From the NCBI GenBank assembly GCA_036337435.1, contig JAYZEG010000058.1, positions 128,001-192,000 on the forward strand: 64,000 bases of DNA, given 5' to 3'. The notes beneath the pieces are model-generated. The model worked only from the letters and a program-made list of their open reading frames with translations, did no database searches and was not told where the DNA came from. The position numbers and the translations under genes are program-made. This stretch comes from Myxococcota bacterium. Lineage in GTDB: Bacteria; Myxococcota_A; Bradymonadia; UBA7976; UBA1532. Positions 43,497-51,974 of this stretch are shown in pieces; the first letter of the stretch is position 1; each line of letters opens with the position of its first letter.

Positions 43497-43943
43497 TCAG
43501 TTAGCGCCCAACGAACTGGTAATTAAAACCCGTTCAGTGAAGCCCGCTGTGTCGCTGACCTCAAACTGAACTTGGAGGCGCGTTCCAGTTTCACCGCAAA
43601 TAATCTGTGGAGTGCTGGCACCACGACGCCACCGGTATTCGACCTCACAGACATCATCTGTTCCGCCACAGTCCGGTAAAGGCTCCAAATCAGTGAGGGG
43701 GACGGTCTCCATATCTAGACTTGTGGCCTCAACAATGGCTCTCACATCAGCGAGGTCATCTGCGCCATCGAGATCGGTGACACGCACTGTGAGAGACGCC
43801 AGCTTAACGACATTGTCAGTTCCAAAGGGGCGACAGGTCGCTGTTGCCTGCGTCACAGTGGGCTTGTTGGGTGGTGCTGGGTCTTCTCCACATCCGCTGA
43901 AAAGGCTCAACGCGATGAAGACTAAAGTAATTTTGTGAAACAT
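43497..43943 (-). CDS. Hypothetical lipoprotein (beta-rich, Cys-containing)
   Basis: Lipobox LFSGC, VTDLDGADDL acidic loop and four further Cys. Confidence 0.72.
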   Translation of the reverse strand: MFHKITLVFIALSLFSGCGEDPAPPNKPTVTQATATCRPFGTDNVVKLASLTVRVTDLDGADDLADVRAIVEATSLDMETVPLTDLEPLPDCGGTDDVCEVEYRWRRGASTPQIICGETGTRLQVQFEVSDTAGFTERVLITSSLGAN

Positions 43944-44084
43944 AATGGGTCCTGACAGAGCACGATACTAAACTGAAGCAGTAGTCCAGGCGGACTTTAT
44001 TGCACCCTTTGGAAGGATCGCAAGCAAAGAACGGTTTTCAAGGATCGGTTGGCGTAAACGGATATTCAAGATACAGTCCAAATT

Positions 44085-45530
44085 GTGAAGTACTTAGTCC
44101 CAATTATTCTCATGGTCAGTTTGGCCCATTCGACGCCGAAGGCACCGGTCTACTGGAATTATCCCGGTCCTCATGGCGATAAAATTCGGGCTGTTTTAGC
44201 GGTCGAACGCACCGACGAGCACGCCCATCATCTGATCTTGCCAGATGAATTAGATGCTTATCTGAGCGACATACCCATTCCAGCACATTTCGATTGCCTC
44301 GATGATTCAGAGGTATGCGAGTCTGAGACCCAGGGTGTTCTACGCTTGCTTGGGTTTGGAGCCCGAGTCGATGCTGACTCGAGACGGACAGACCAAGGCT
44401 ATGAGGTTACGCTTCGCATGACGCTCGCGGATGGGGTCGATAACAAAGTTTTTAAGGGTAACGGCGAGACCATAGAAGAGGCCTCGGTAAGTGCATTCGC
44501 TGCACTGATTGGACAGGGGACATTACTTCTCGACGTCAACCCGAAAACGGCGTCATTTAGAATCGATGGGCGACCCTACGGCCAAGGCAGTGGACGATAT
44601 CTTATCTCCGCGGGCAAACACACCCTGACCATCGAGGCGGAAAATCATCAGCCAACGGAGGAGCCAATCGAAATTAAGCCCTCAGAAACATTAAAAATAG
44701 TCGCTAAGTTAGCAGCCGCCTTTGGCCGACTGTCACTCAAGACAACGCCTGAGCGAACGACGGTTTTTCTCGACGGCAACGAGTGGGCTAACCCTGCTGA
44801 GCTGAAAGACGTAGAGCCAGGGCAGCACATCATTCGCGTAGAGGCACCCGGATATGAGGCCTTCAGCCAAAATGTGACCATCCGGGCGGGTGTTGAGCAT
44901 GCTTTGAAACTGAAGTTGGTTCCCAGTGAACCCATCTGGCGAACAGCCATGAAAACAACCCATAAAGATACCTATGCGAATCACTGGTATGTCGGTCTTC
45001 AGCTGCACACTGTTTCAGCGAGGGGTGGTGGCATTAATCTGAAGACGACCCAGAACTTCGAGATGAAGACTCTCTCGGAATCGGTCGGGATGCTTGGTCT
45101 CGGTCTGACCGCGGGCTGGCGCAGTAAGCATCTAGAAATACTTGGTTTAGGTTTGAGCTTTCAAAATGGAATAAACGAAGCCAAGGTGATCATGGATGAT
45201 GAAACGCCTGGCCGGCTTGATACCCTGGACCGAACGATGATGCGCGTTGGGTGGATGGGCCTAAGATATCCCCTCTGGCGCGTTGACGCCTACACCTTAG
45301 CCGGTCTCGGATTAGCCTTTGAAACATTCGAGGGCGGCGCGATCAATCGAAACTTCCGAGCGACGACAACCAGGCTGTTTATCGGCAGCGAATTCGGTCT
45401 ACGCTACAGTTTCTCAGAGAGTTGGTTTGCAGGGTCATCGATCATATTGGACTATTGGCCGGACGACAGACCAAGTATCACTTGGACCATGAATGGCGAA
45501 TATGCTTTCGACCTGAATGGACTATTCTAG
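44085..45530 (+). CDS. Secreted PEGA-domain protein with probable C-terminal outer-membrane beta-barrel
   Basis: Signal peptide; two PEGA repeats (V.P..A...IDG...G.H.L.I and TTPE...VFLDG...PG.H.IRVEAPGY); amphipathic beta strands ending in Phe. Confidence 0.78.
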   Translation: MKYLVPIILMVSLAHSTPKAPVYWNYPGPHGDKIRAVLAVERTDEHAHHLILPDELDAYLSDIPIPAHFDCLDDSEVCESETQGVLRLLGFGARVDADSRRTDQGYEVTLRMTLADGVDNKVFKGNGETIEEASVSAFAALIGQGTLLLDVNPKTASFRIDGRPYGQGSGRYLISAGKHTLTIEAENHQPTEEPIEIKPSETLKIVAKLAAAFGRLSLKTTPERTTVFLDGNEWANPAELKDVEPGQHIIRVEAPGYEAFSQNVTIRAGVEHALKLKLVPSEPIWRTAMKTTHKDTYANHWYVGLQLHTVSARGGGINLKTTQNFEMKTLSESVGMLGLGLTAGWRSKHLEILGLGLSFQNGINEAKVIMDDETPGRLDTLDRTMMRVGWMGLRYPLWRVDAYTLAGLGLAFETFEGGAINRNFRATTTRLFIGSEFGLRYSFSESWFAGSSIILDYWPDDRPSITWTMNGEYAFDLNGLF

Positions 45531-46502
45531 ATGAAGGTGATGAGATTCACAGTGCCTCCTGTCGGGCTCGTTCTGATGCTCTGCCTGCCCTTTTCGGGAC
45601 TGGCAGAAAAAAGCAAGACACAGTCAGATGATTATCCGAAACACCCCCTCACGACAAAAGCCAAAGATGCCTATAATTCAGGAAAATACAACGAGGCAGT
45701 GCGGTCATTTCGACGCCTGGCAATCTTGTTTCCCGAAAACCCGACTGTCTATCGCGGACTTGCGCGGGCCTTAAGTTGGGCAAACGAACCCGCGTACGCC
45801 TTGCAGGCTTACTGGCACTACCAAGACCTCGCCCCCAGCGCATCGGACCAAGAGAAGGTGAAAGCAGAAATCGAACTCTTACTGAGGCGTGTTAAAAAAC
45901 CGCCATCGCGACACCCATCATCGAAGATCAAAGCTGCGTTTCAGGCTATCGAGGTTCGGGCTAAATCGGGGCGTTTTACCGGCAGAGATGGTGCGTTGGG
46001 AGCCCTTGAGCAAATCATATCGTCGCAGTATTTCGGACCCAAAATAGGCCACGCTAGGCGGCAAATTAGAAAACAGCTCATGGTTCACTCGGACAGAGCC
46101 TCCACCAACTGGTGGCAGGTGACAACCCGGGCCCAACCAAAAACTCTCGTTGAACTCACAAGTGCCTGGGAATTGCTCGATATTGAGACGCTCACAGATG
46201 TTGAGAGAACGACTTTTCTAACCCTCGATGCCATGACACATCTAAGCCATGGAGAAGCACGCGAAGCGGCCAAAATTATTGCACCTGTTGCAGCTGGTCG
46301 CCCACGGGTGCGCTATCTACAAGCGGTCGCGCTCGTTCGGTCAAAACAATATCAGAAGGCGTATGCTCTGCTGAGCGGACTCGCACGGGGTTCAGTCGAC
46401 TCGAGAATTCATATTCTGTTGGGGTTTGCAGCGCAGAAACTCGGTAAGAAAGCTGCATCTGAATCATTTCTCAATGCGCTGAACACTGAGGATGAGCCGT
46501 AA
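45531..46502 (+). CDS. Secreted TPR-repeat protein
   Basis: Signal-like N-terminus and TPR-like helices (AKDAYNSGKYNEAV...P...YRGLARA). Confidence 0.75.
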   Translation: MKVMRFTVPPVGLVLMLCLPFSGLAEKSKTQSDDYPKHPLTTKAKDAYNSGKYNEAVRSFRRLAILFPENPTVYRGLARALSWANEPAYALQAYWHYQDLAPSASDQEKVKAEIELLLRRVKKPPSRHPSSKIKAAFQAIEVRAKSGRFTGRDGALGALEQIISSQYFGPKIGHARRQIRKQLMVHSDRASTNWWQVTTRAQPKTLVELTSAWELLDIETLTDVERTTFLTLDAMTHLSHGEAREAAKIIAPVAAGRPRVRYLQAVALVRSKQYQKAYALLSGLARGSVDSRIHILLGFAAQKLGKKAASESFLNALNTEDEP

Positions 46503-48308
46503 TTAAAGCTGCGTGGGTGGGCTCGCATACTGACAATTCTGGATAATATCGGTGGCCTGATTAAGCTTTGGGCTCACCGCGAGCACACGTTTCATGCTTT
46601 TAACCGCTTGAGCACATCGCCCCGACCGATAGGCCAGTTGCCCCTTCTGTAAAGCTCTACGCATACCGATGATTTGGTTGCGAAGGCGTTTGACCGCCTC
46701 ATTGCGCCGATGGGCTTTATGGAGCTTTTCCACAACGACGGCCGCAGCTTCAAATCGACCATCTTTGAGCATGTCTTTAGCCTTACTCAAACGCGCATTT
46801 AATTGCTTTACGGCTTTCTTCTTTTCGAGTTCGGCTCGCCTCTGCTCGCGTTTTGCCCTCGCCGCACGCTCCTTGGCTGCTAATGTTGCTGAATCGTCTG
46901 TTCCAGGCTGTGTGTCTGGGGGCGTCTGATGGGCATCTGCACCTGCTGGGTCCCTTGACATCCTCTTGGTCTGAGAAAACCGAATGTCACCTGCTCTTTT
47001 CGCGCGTTTTTCTCCAGCCAACTTGGGTTTCGTAGACCCGTCATTAAGCCCACGAGTCGCAGGCTCCTCGCGCGTTTGTTCGCTGGTGGCAACCACACCA
47101 GGTTGTTTGGTTTGAACAGCATCACCGTCGTCTTGAAGAGCAAAAGATAGGACTGCAAAAAGACTGAGGGCCGCAACACCTATAGCCGCGAGAACAGACG
47201 GTCGCTTAAGAGTCACTAGATTGAGTTTCATAGTCGTCATGGTGTGATCGTGCTTCGGCCTGTGTCCAGAAACACGCATGACGATAGAATGAAGTCGAGA
47301 CACCTTGGCTTTTTCATCAGCTGACAGCTGACCAGGAACCGTTGGGGCGGGTACCGTAGCTTTATTACCGCGCAGATAACGGTCAAGAGCATCGATCAAC
47401 GCGTGAGTATCTTTGAAACGGCGGTCCGGTTTCTTCTCCAACGCCTTCATCACAATGCCGTCGAGCTCTTTGTCGATTGAGACACCAGGAATCGCATTTT
47501 TTAGCTTAGGTGGTGCATCGTGAGCCTGTTGATGCATGATGCGTAATTTATCTGAACCCGTGAATGGAGGGTCACCGACAAGCAATTCATAAAGCATCGT
47601 ACCCAATGCATAAATATCGCTCCGGGCATCAACTGTTTTACCACGGGCCTGTTCGGGAGCCATGTATTCCGGGGTTCCAAAAACCATTCCGGCTTGAGTC
47701 AACCTTGGTCCATCATCATCGATATGCTTAGCGATCCCAAAGTCCAGTAAGCGAACATGATATCGGCCGGGTCTAATCTCAGTCAAAATCACGTTTTCTG
47801 GCTTGAGATCTCGATGAACAATCCCTTTTTGATGAGCCTGTCCAAGTCCCTGTGCAATTTGAAGAATCAGGTCAGACGCCAGGTTTGGTTGAATGCGGCC
47901 CTGTTCACGAACCAATTTGGCCAATGACACACCAGGACAGTATTCCAACACCATGTAAAAGGTGCCGGTTTCAGTCCGACCAAAATCGTGAAGACTGACT
48001 AGATTAGGGTGACAGACCTGGCCATACGTCAGAGCTTCTTTCTCGAACCTCTGAATCAACTTATCGTCGCCCGCATACCGTTCATGAAGCACTTTAATGG
48101 CTACGCTTTGACCCAATCGAGTATGCGTACCCAAATAAACAGTCCCCATGCCGCCGACACCGATACGCTCTTCGATCCGATACCGGTTGCCGATGGTTAG
48201 CCCGATAAGCGGGTCCACAGGTTTTCCATCTGTCGAGCGTGCAAGCCCGCACCGACCGCAAAAACGGTCTTGTTCGCACAGCTGACGGTCGCATCGAGGA
48301 CACTTCAT
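46503..48308 (-). CDS. Membrane Ser/Thr protein kinase with N-terminal zinc ribbon and C-terminal TPR-like domain
   Basis: CPRC..FCGRCG, GVGGMGTVY, HRDLKPEN, DFG, GTPEYMAPE and an internal TM helix. Confidence 0.94.
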   Translation of the reverse strand: MKCPRCDRQLCEQDRFCGRCGLARSTDGKPVDPLIGLTIGNRYRIEERIGVGGMGTVYLGTHTRLGQSVAIKVLHERYAGDDKLIQRFEKEALTYGQVCHPNLVSLHDFGRTETGTFYMVLEYCPGVSLAKLVREQGRIQPNLASDLILQIAQGLGQAHQKGIVHRDLKPENVILTEIRPGRYHVRLLDFGIAKHIDDDGPRLTQAGMVFGTPEYMAPEQARGKTVDARSDIYALGTMLYELLVGDPPFTGSDKLRIMHQQAHDAPPKLKNAIPGVSIDKELDGIVMKALEKKPDRRFKDTHALIDALDRYLRGNKATVPAPTVPGQLSADEKAKVSRLHSIVMRVSGHRPKHDHTMTTMKLNLVTLKRPSVLAAIGVAALSLFAVLSFALQDDGDAVQTKQPGVVATSEQTREEPATRGLNDGSTKPKLAGEKRAKRAGDIRFSQTKRMSRDPAGADAHQTPPDTQPGTDDSATLAAKERAARAKREQRRAELEKKKAVKQLNARLSKAKDMLKDGRFEAAAVVVEKLHKAHRRNEAVKRLRNQIIGMRRALQKGQLAYRSGRCAQAVKSMKRVLAVSPKLNQATDIIQNCQYASPPTQL

Positions 48309-48505
48309 TGTATTTCCTACTACCTTTGACTACATTGTGCAGAAAAGTATTCCAGGAGTCAACTTTGGTGCCCTCACTTTTTGAATAGCGGTGACACAAA
48401 AACCGCTTCAGACCGAATCGTAATGGTCATTCAGGGCGTGCAATAGGAGGATGAGAATCAGGGCTGTAAACCCTTTGACGGGGTTTGAATTACCACTTTT
48501 AGAGT

Positions 48506-49105
48506 CTAGAAGTCGCCAAAGAGAACCGTCAACTTAACGCCAAGACCATGGGCGATCTTATAGAGAGAGCTTACAGATGCACTGGATTCAGCGCGCTCGA
48601 TCTGACTCAACAAACTTGGCGATAATCCGGTTCGACGCGCCACTTGCTTCAGGGTGAGAGACTTTTCTTTTCTCAGACGCCTCACGATCTGACCAATGGT
48701 CTGATGCAACCGCTCTTCCATGTCGAGAACGATACCTTTTCTCTTCAAGACATCGCTGATTGTGTTACGAAAACTGTCTATATCAAATGGCTTTTTGACG
48801 TAATCAGAAACATCAAGCTTGAGCGCGTCTATCGCTGTTTCGACGGACGGATAGCCAGTGAATACAATAATCGCAATATCTGTATCAACTCGACGAATTC
48901 TCTGGATGAGCTCGATTCCATCGATCTCGGGCATCATTAGGTCGATGACCAATACATGAAACTCTTGCTCTCTAAGCCGATCTAAGACCAGCGAGGGGTT
49001 TGAGATTGTTGTGACATCATACCCAGATGAGCCCAACATCGTCTGCATGTACGCACAGATGTCTTTATCATCATCAACAATCAATATCTTCGCAGCATCA
49101 GCCAT
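48506..49105 (-). CDS. Response regulator, receiver plus Xre-type HTH (DigR-like architecture)
   Basis: ILIVDDD, VIDLMMP (phospho-Asp), TGY and KPF; C-terminal RRLRKEKSLTLKQVARRTGLSPSLLSQIER. Confidence 0.9.
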   Translation of the reverse strand: MADAAKILIVDDDKDICAYMQTMLGSSGYDVTTISNPSLVLDRLREQEFHVLVIDLMMPEIDGIELIQRIRRVDTDIAIIVFTGYPSVETAIDALKLDVSDYVKKPFDIDSFRNTISDVLKRKGIVLDMEERLHQTIGQIVRRLRKEKSLTLKQVARRTGLSPSLLSQIERAESSASVSSLYKIAHGLGVKLTVLFGDF

Positions 49106-49211
49106 CGATTAATCCAAAACTCTAAAACAAACACACAGGGCGATTCGGTAGCATGTACTCGAGCGAAATTTCAATCAAACTGTTCAATTGAAACAAGAAT
49201 AACAGGTGGAT

Positions 49212-50549
49212 TTACTGTTCAAATTCACGCTTTAGATTTACGAAACGGCTGTGTTCGATAAAGAACTTCAGTTTGACTGTACCCAAAGGTCCGTTTCGCT
49301 GCTTTGCGACGATAAGTTCAGCGAGCCCTTTATCCTCAGAATCCTCGTTGTAGTATTCATCACGGTAAACAAACATGATGATGTCAGCGTCTTGCTCTAT
49401 CGCACCAGACTCTCGCAGATCCGACATCATTGGCCTTTTGTTGGGCCGACTTTCGACGCCTCGATTGAGCTGCGATAATGCCACAACCGGAATACCCAGC
49501 TCCTTTGCCAAACCCTTTAGGTTCCGGCTGATCTCACTGATTTCTTGTTCACGACTCTTGGCTGTCGGTGAGCGCATCAATTGGAGATAATCGATGAGAA
49601 CAAGACCAAGTGGTGGTAAATTGCGGTCGCTTGCGAGCCGTCGACACTTCGATCGAACCTCCATAATTGTCGAACCAGCTGTATCATCTATCTCGATGGA
49701 CCAATCATTCATACGCCTTACCGCAGCGACAAGTCTCTCGATATCCTGGTTGACCAAATGTCCTGTCCTCATAGAACGAGAGTTGACTTCAGCCTCGCAG
49801 GCGAGCATCCGAGCAGCAAGCTGGGCCGTCGGCATCTCAAGACTAAAAACAGCCACCGTACACCCTGACATCCGTGCAGCATTACTGGCCATATTGAGCG
49901 CAACCGCAGTTTTACCCATACCGGGACGTCCAGCCAGAATGACCAAGTCACCCGGGTTTAGGCCACTGGTCAAGTTATCCAGATCCGTGAATCCCGTGGG
50001 CGTTCCCGTCACCGCAATCTTATTCTCAAAGGCATTTCGGACGTTATCAAGGACGTCTTTGAGCGCATCGTTCATGGCGACGAAACTGCCCTGATTTTGC
50101 TTCGCTCCAATCTCAAAAATCAGTTGCTGAGCCTCGTCGAATAAGATGGTTTGATCCTCGTAATCGCCACCCTGGGCTTTCTCGACAACACTGGTACAGG
50201 CGGAGATCAAGCGACGAAGCTCGGCCAGGTCGTGGACGATCTTCGCATGGTGTCCCACGTTGATTGCGGTCGCAGAAGTTTGGTCTAGGGCCAGCAGATA
50301 TTCCATGCCGCCGATATCTTCAAGCTGACTCTGCTGGTCAAGCCTGGTTGCGAGCGTCACTGTATCGATGGGTTTGCTTTCATCCGACAGCGAGATCATC
50401 GCCTCAAAAATGATTTTATTCTGAGGCAGATAGAAATCGTCATGACCCAGTGATTCAGCCACTCGATCAAGCGCGCCATTATCGAGTAAAATCGCGCCTA
50501 ATACGGCTTGTTCAGCTTCCCTAGCCTCTAGATGGCGACCGACAGACAT
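49212..50549 (-). CDS. dnaB: Replicative DNA helicase DnaB
   Basis: EAEQAVLGAIL, GRPGMGKT, FSLEM, IDYLQL, LSQLNR, DLRESGAIEQDAD and KQRNGP. Confidence 0.98.
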   Translation of the reverse strand: MSVGRHLEAREAEQAVLGAILLDNGALDRVAESLGHDDFYLPQNKIIFEAMISLSDESKPIDTVTLATRLDQQSQLEDIGGMEYLLALDQTSATAINVGHHAKIVHDLAELRRLISACTSVVEKAQGGDYEDQTILFDEAQQLIFEIGAKQNQGSFVAMNDALKDVLDNVRNAFENKIAVTGTPTGFTDLDNLTSGLNPGDLVILAGRPGMGKTAVALNMASNAARMSGCTVAVFSLEMPTAQLAARMLACEAEVNSRSMRTGHLVNQDIERLVAAVRRMNDWSIEIDDTAGSTIMEVRSKCRRLASDRNLPPLGLVLIDYLQLMRSPTAKSREQEISEISRNLKGLAKELGIPVVALSQLNRGVESRPNKRPMMSDLRESGAIEQDADIIMFVYRDEYYNEDSEDKGLAELIVAKQRNGPLGTVKLKFFIEHSRFVNLKREFEQ

Positions 50550-50627
50550 CTCTAGATTCCCCCACTGTGAACGCGATGCAGAGGTATGCCATTAGCTCCA
50601 GGCTGAGCAATGTGCATCCATTGCGAT

Positions 50628-50668
50628 AAAAAAAGACGTGAACTGTGGCGACCAAAGCTGGCCGCCAC
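50628..50668 (-). terminator. Possible terminator or stem-loop after rplI
   Basis: Minus strand GTGGCGGCCA-GCTT-TGGTCGCCAC stem; the T7 run starts about 10 nt downstream, which is not the classic spacing. Confidence 0.4.
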
Positions 50669-50679
50669 TGGAGGTAAGA

Positions 50680-51135
50680 CTATTCGCTCTCGCTGCGTGC
50701 GACAACCAAAACCTTAATGGTCGCCACAACATCTCGATGAAGCTTAATGCCTAGGTTGTATTCGCCCAGATTCTTGATGTTTTCATCAAGCTGGATCCGA
50801 CGACGGTCGATGGTAAACCCGTTGTCGCGAAGCAAAGCTTCAATCTCCATGGCTGTCACAGACCCAAACAACTTGCCATTCTCACCGGCCGACTTTTCAA
50901 CCGTGATGACAACCTCATTGAGCTTGCTGGCTTCGTCCTCAGCCCCTTTACGAGCTTTTGCGACGCGCGCTTCGATGATGCGCTTTTCATGCTCTACACG
51001 ACGAACTTGACGGTCGTTTGCCTGTACAGCCAGACCACGGGGAAGCAAAAAATTGCGAGCGTAGCCGGCCTTGACTGTAACCAAGTCTCCAACCTCACCG
51101 AGATGATTTACATCCTCACGAAGAATCACTTGCAT
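50680..51135 (-). CDS. rplI: 50S ribosomal protein L9
   Basis: MQVIL.EDV..LG..GD.V.VKAGYARNFL and GKLFGSVT. Confidence 0.98.
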   Translation of the reverse strand: MQVILREDVNHLGEVGDLVTVKAGYARNFLLPRGLAVQANDRQVRRVEHEKRIIEARVAKARKGAEDEASKLNEVVITVEKSAGENGKLFGSVTAMEIEALLRDNGFTIDRRRIQLDENIKNLGEYNLGIKLHRDVVATIKVLVVARSESE

Positions 51136-51146
51136 CTTGGTACTCC

Positions 51147-51395
51147 TCAGTGGTGATTAATGGTTGTGAAGGGCATGAGAGCCAGCATGCGCGCACGCTT
51201 GATCGCTTGCGTGATCTTACGTTGATTCTTTGCACACAGTCCCGATACTCGTCGGGGAACGATCTTTCCGCGTTCCGTGACGAAATACTTGAGCACTGAT
51301 GGATCCTTATAATCGATGACAAGGCTTTTATCAGCGAGGAATCGGTCTACTTTACGTCGACCACGTCGGCGGCCGTCGAATCGCAAGTCACTCAT
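51147..51395 (-). CDS. rpsR: 30S ribosomal protein S18
   Basis: [14 protein letters not shown] and [13 protein letters not shown]. Confidence 0.98.
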   Translation of the reverse strand: MSDLRFDGRRRGRRKVDRFLADKSLVIDYKDPSVLKYFVTERGKIVPRRVSGLCAKNQRKITQAIKRARMLALMPFTTINHH

Positions 51396-51781
51396 GAGGC
51401 CACCTCCTCTGCGGCTGCAGCGTCTTCGTTATCGTCATCGCCCAAAATCGCAAATCGGTCCAAGTGGTCAGGATCAATTTCATCTTCGAGACGAATGGTT
51501 TGGTATCGCAAACAATCGTCTGTGAGACGAAAGACACGCTCGATCTCGTGACTGAGACCAGGCGATGCGATAAATTCGACATAGTAGTAGTACGCTTTGT
51601 TGAACTTTGCGATTTCGTAAGCCAGCTTGCGCTTGCCCCACTCTTCATTTTGAATCAAGTGTGCACCACCATCCTTCAAAATGCCGAGCATGCGGTTCAC
51701 CAAGTGTGTACGCGCATCGTCTTCAGCTTCTGGCTGAATCAAAAACACAAGCTCATAGCGTCTAAGCTTTGCATTTGCCAT
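51392..51781 (-). CDS. rpsF: 30S ribosomal protein S6
   Basis: [21 protein letters not shown] and an acidic tail; GGAGG RBS before ATG 51781. Confidence 0.97.
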   Translation of the reverse strand: MANAKLRRYELVFLIQPEAEDDARTHLVNRMLGILKDGGAHLIQNEEWGKRKLAYEIAKFNKAYYYYVEFIASPGLSHEIERVFRLTDDCLRYQTIRLEDEIDPDHLDRFAILGDDDNEDAAAAEEVAS

Positions 51782-51790
51782 GGTATTAAA

Positions 51791-51840
51791 CCTCCCTCTG
51801 GGTGTTTGAGTAGCCCGCAATCTACGTTACGAGCAGGGAG
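51791..51840 (-). promoter_or_regulatory. S6:S18 ribosomal protein leader RNA (rpsF leader)
   Basis: Minus strand CUCCCU-GCUC-(GUAACGUAGAUUGC)-GGGC-...ACCC-AG-AGGGAGG. The 5' CUCCCU can pair with the RBS, and the unpaired CCC typical of the S6:S18 motif is present. Confidence 0.75.
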
Positions 51841-51856
51841 TGGGCTTTCACCCAAC

Positions 51857-51887
51857 AAAAAAATGTCCCCCCGAAAACCGGAGGGAC
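51857..51887 (-). terminator. Intrinsic terminator-like hairpin between hppA and the rpsF leader
   Basis: GTCCCTCCG-GTTTT-CGGGGGGAC followed by A and T7 on the minus strand. Confidence 0.7.
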
Positions 51888-51891
51888 GCGG

Positions 51892-51920
51892 ATATTAATG
51901 ATTGTTCACAAAATGATCAA
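51892..51920 (-). promoter_or_regulatory. Putative sigma70-type promoter of rpsF-rpsR-rplI
   Basis: TTGATC-N17-TAATAT followed by a GC-rich discriminator-like stretch. Confidence 0.5.
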
Positions 51921-51974
51921 GTCTTGCGTCAACACGAGCCGAAATCTTATTTTCGACTGCTTTAATTGCGGAGA

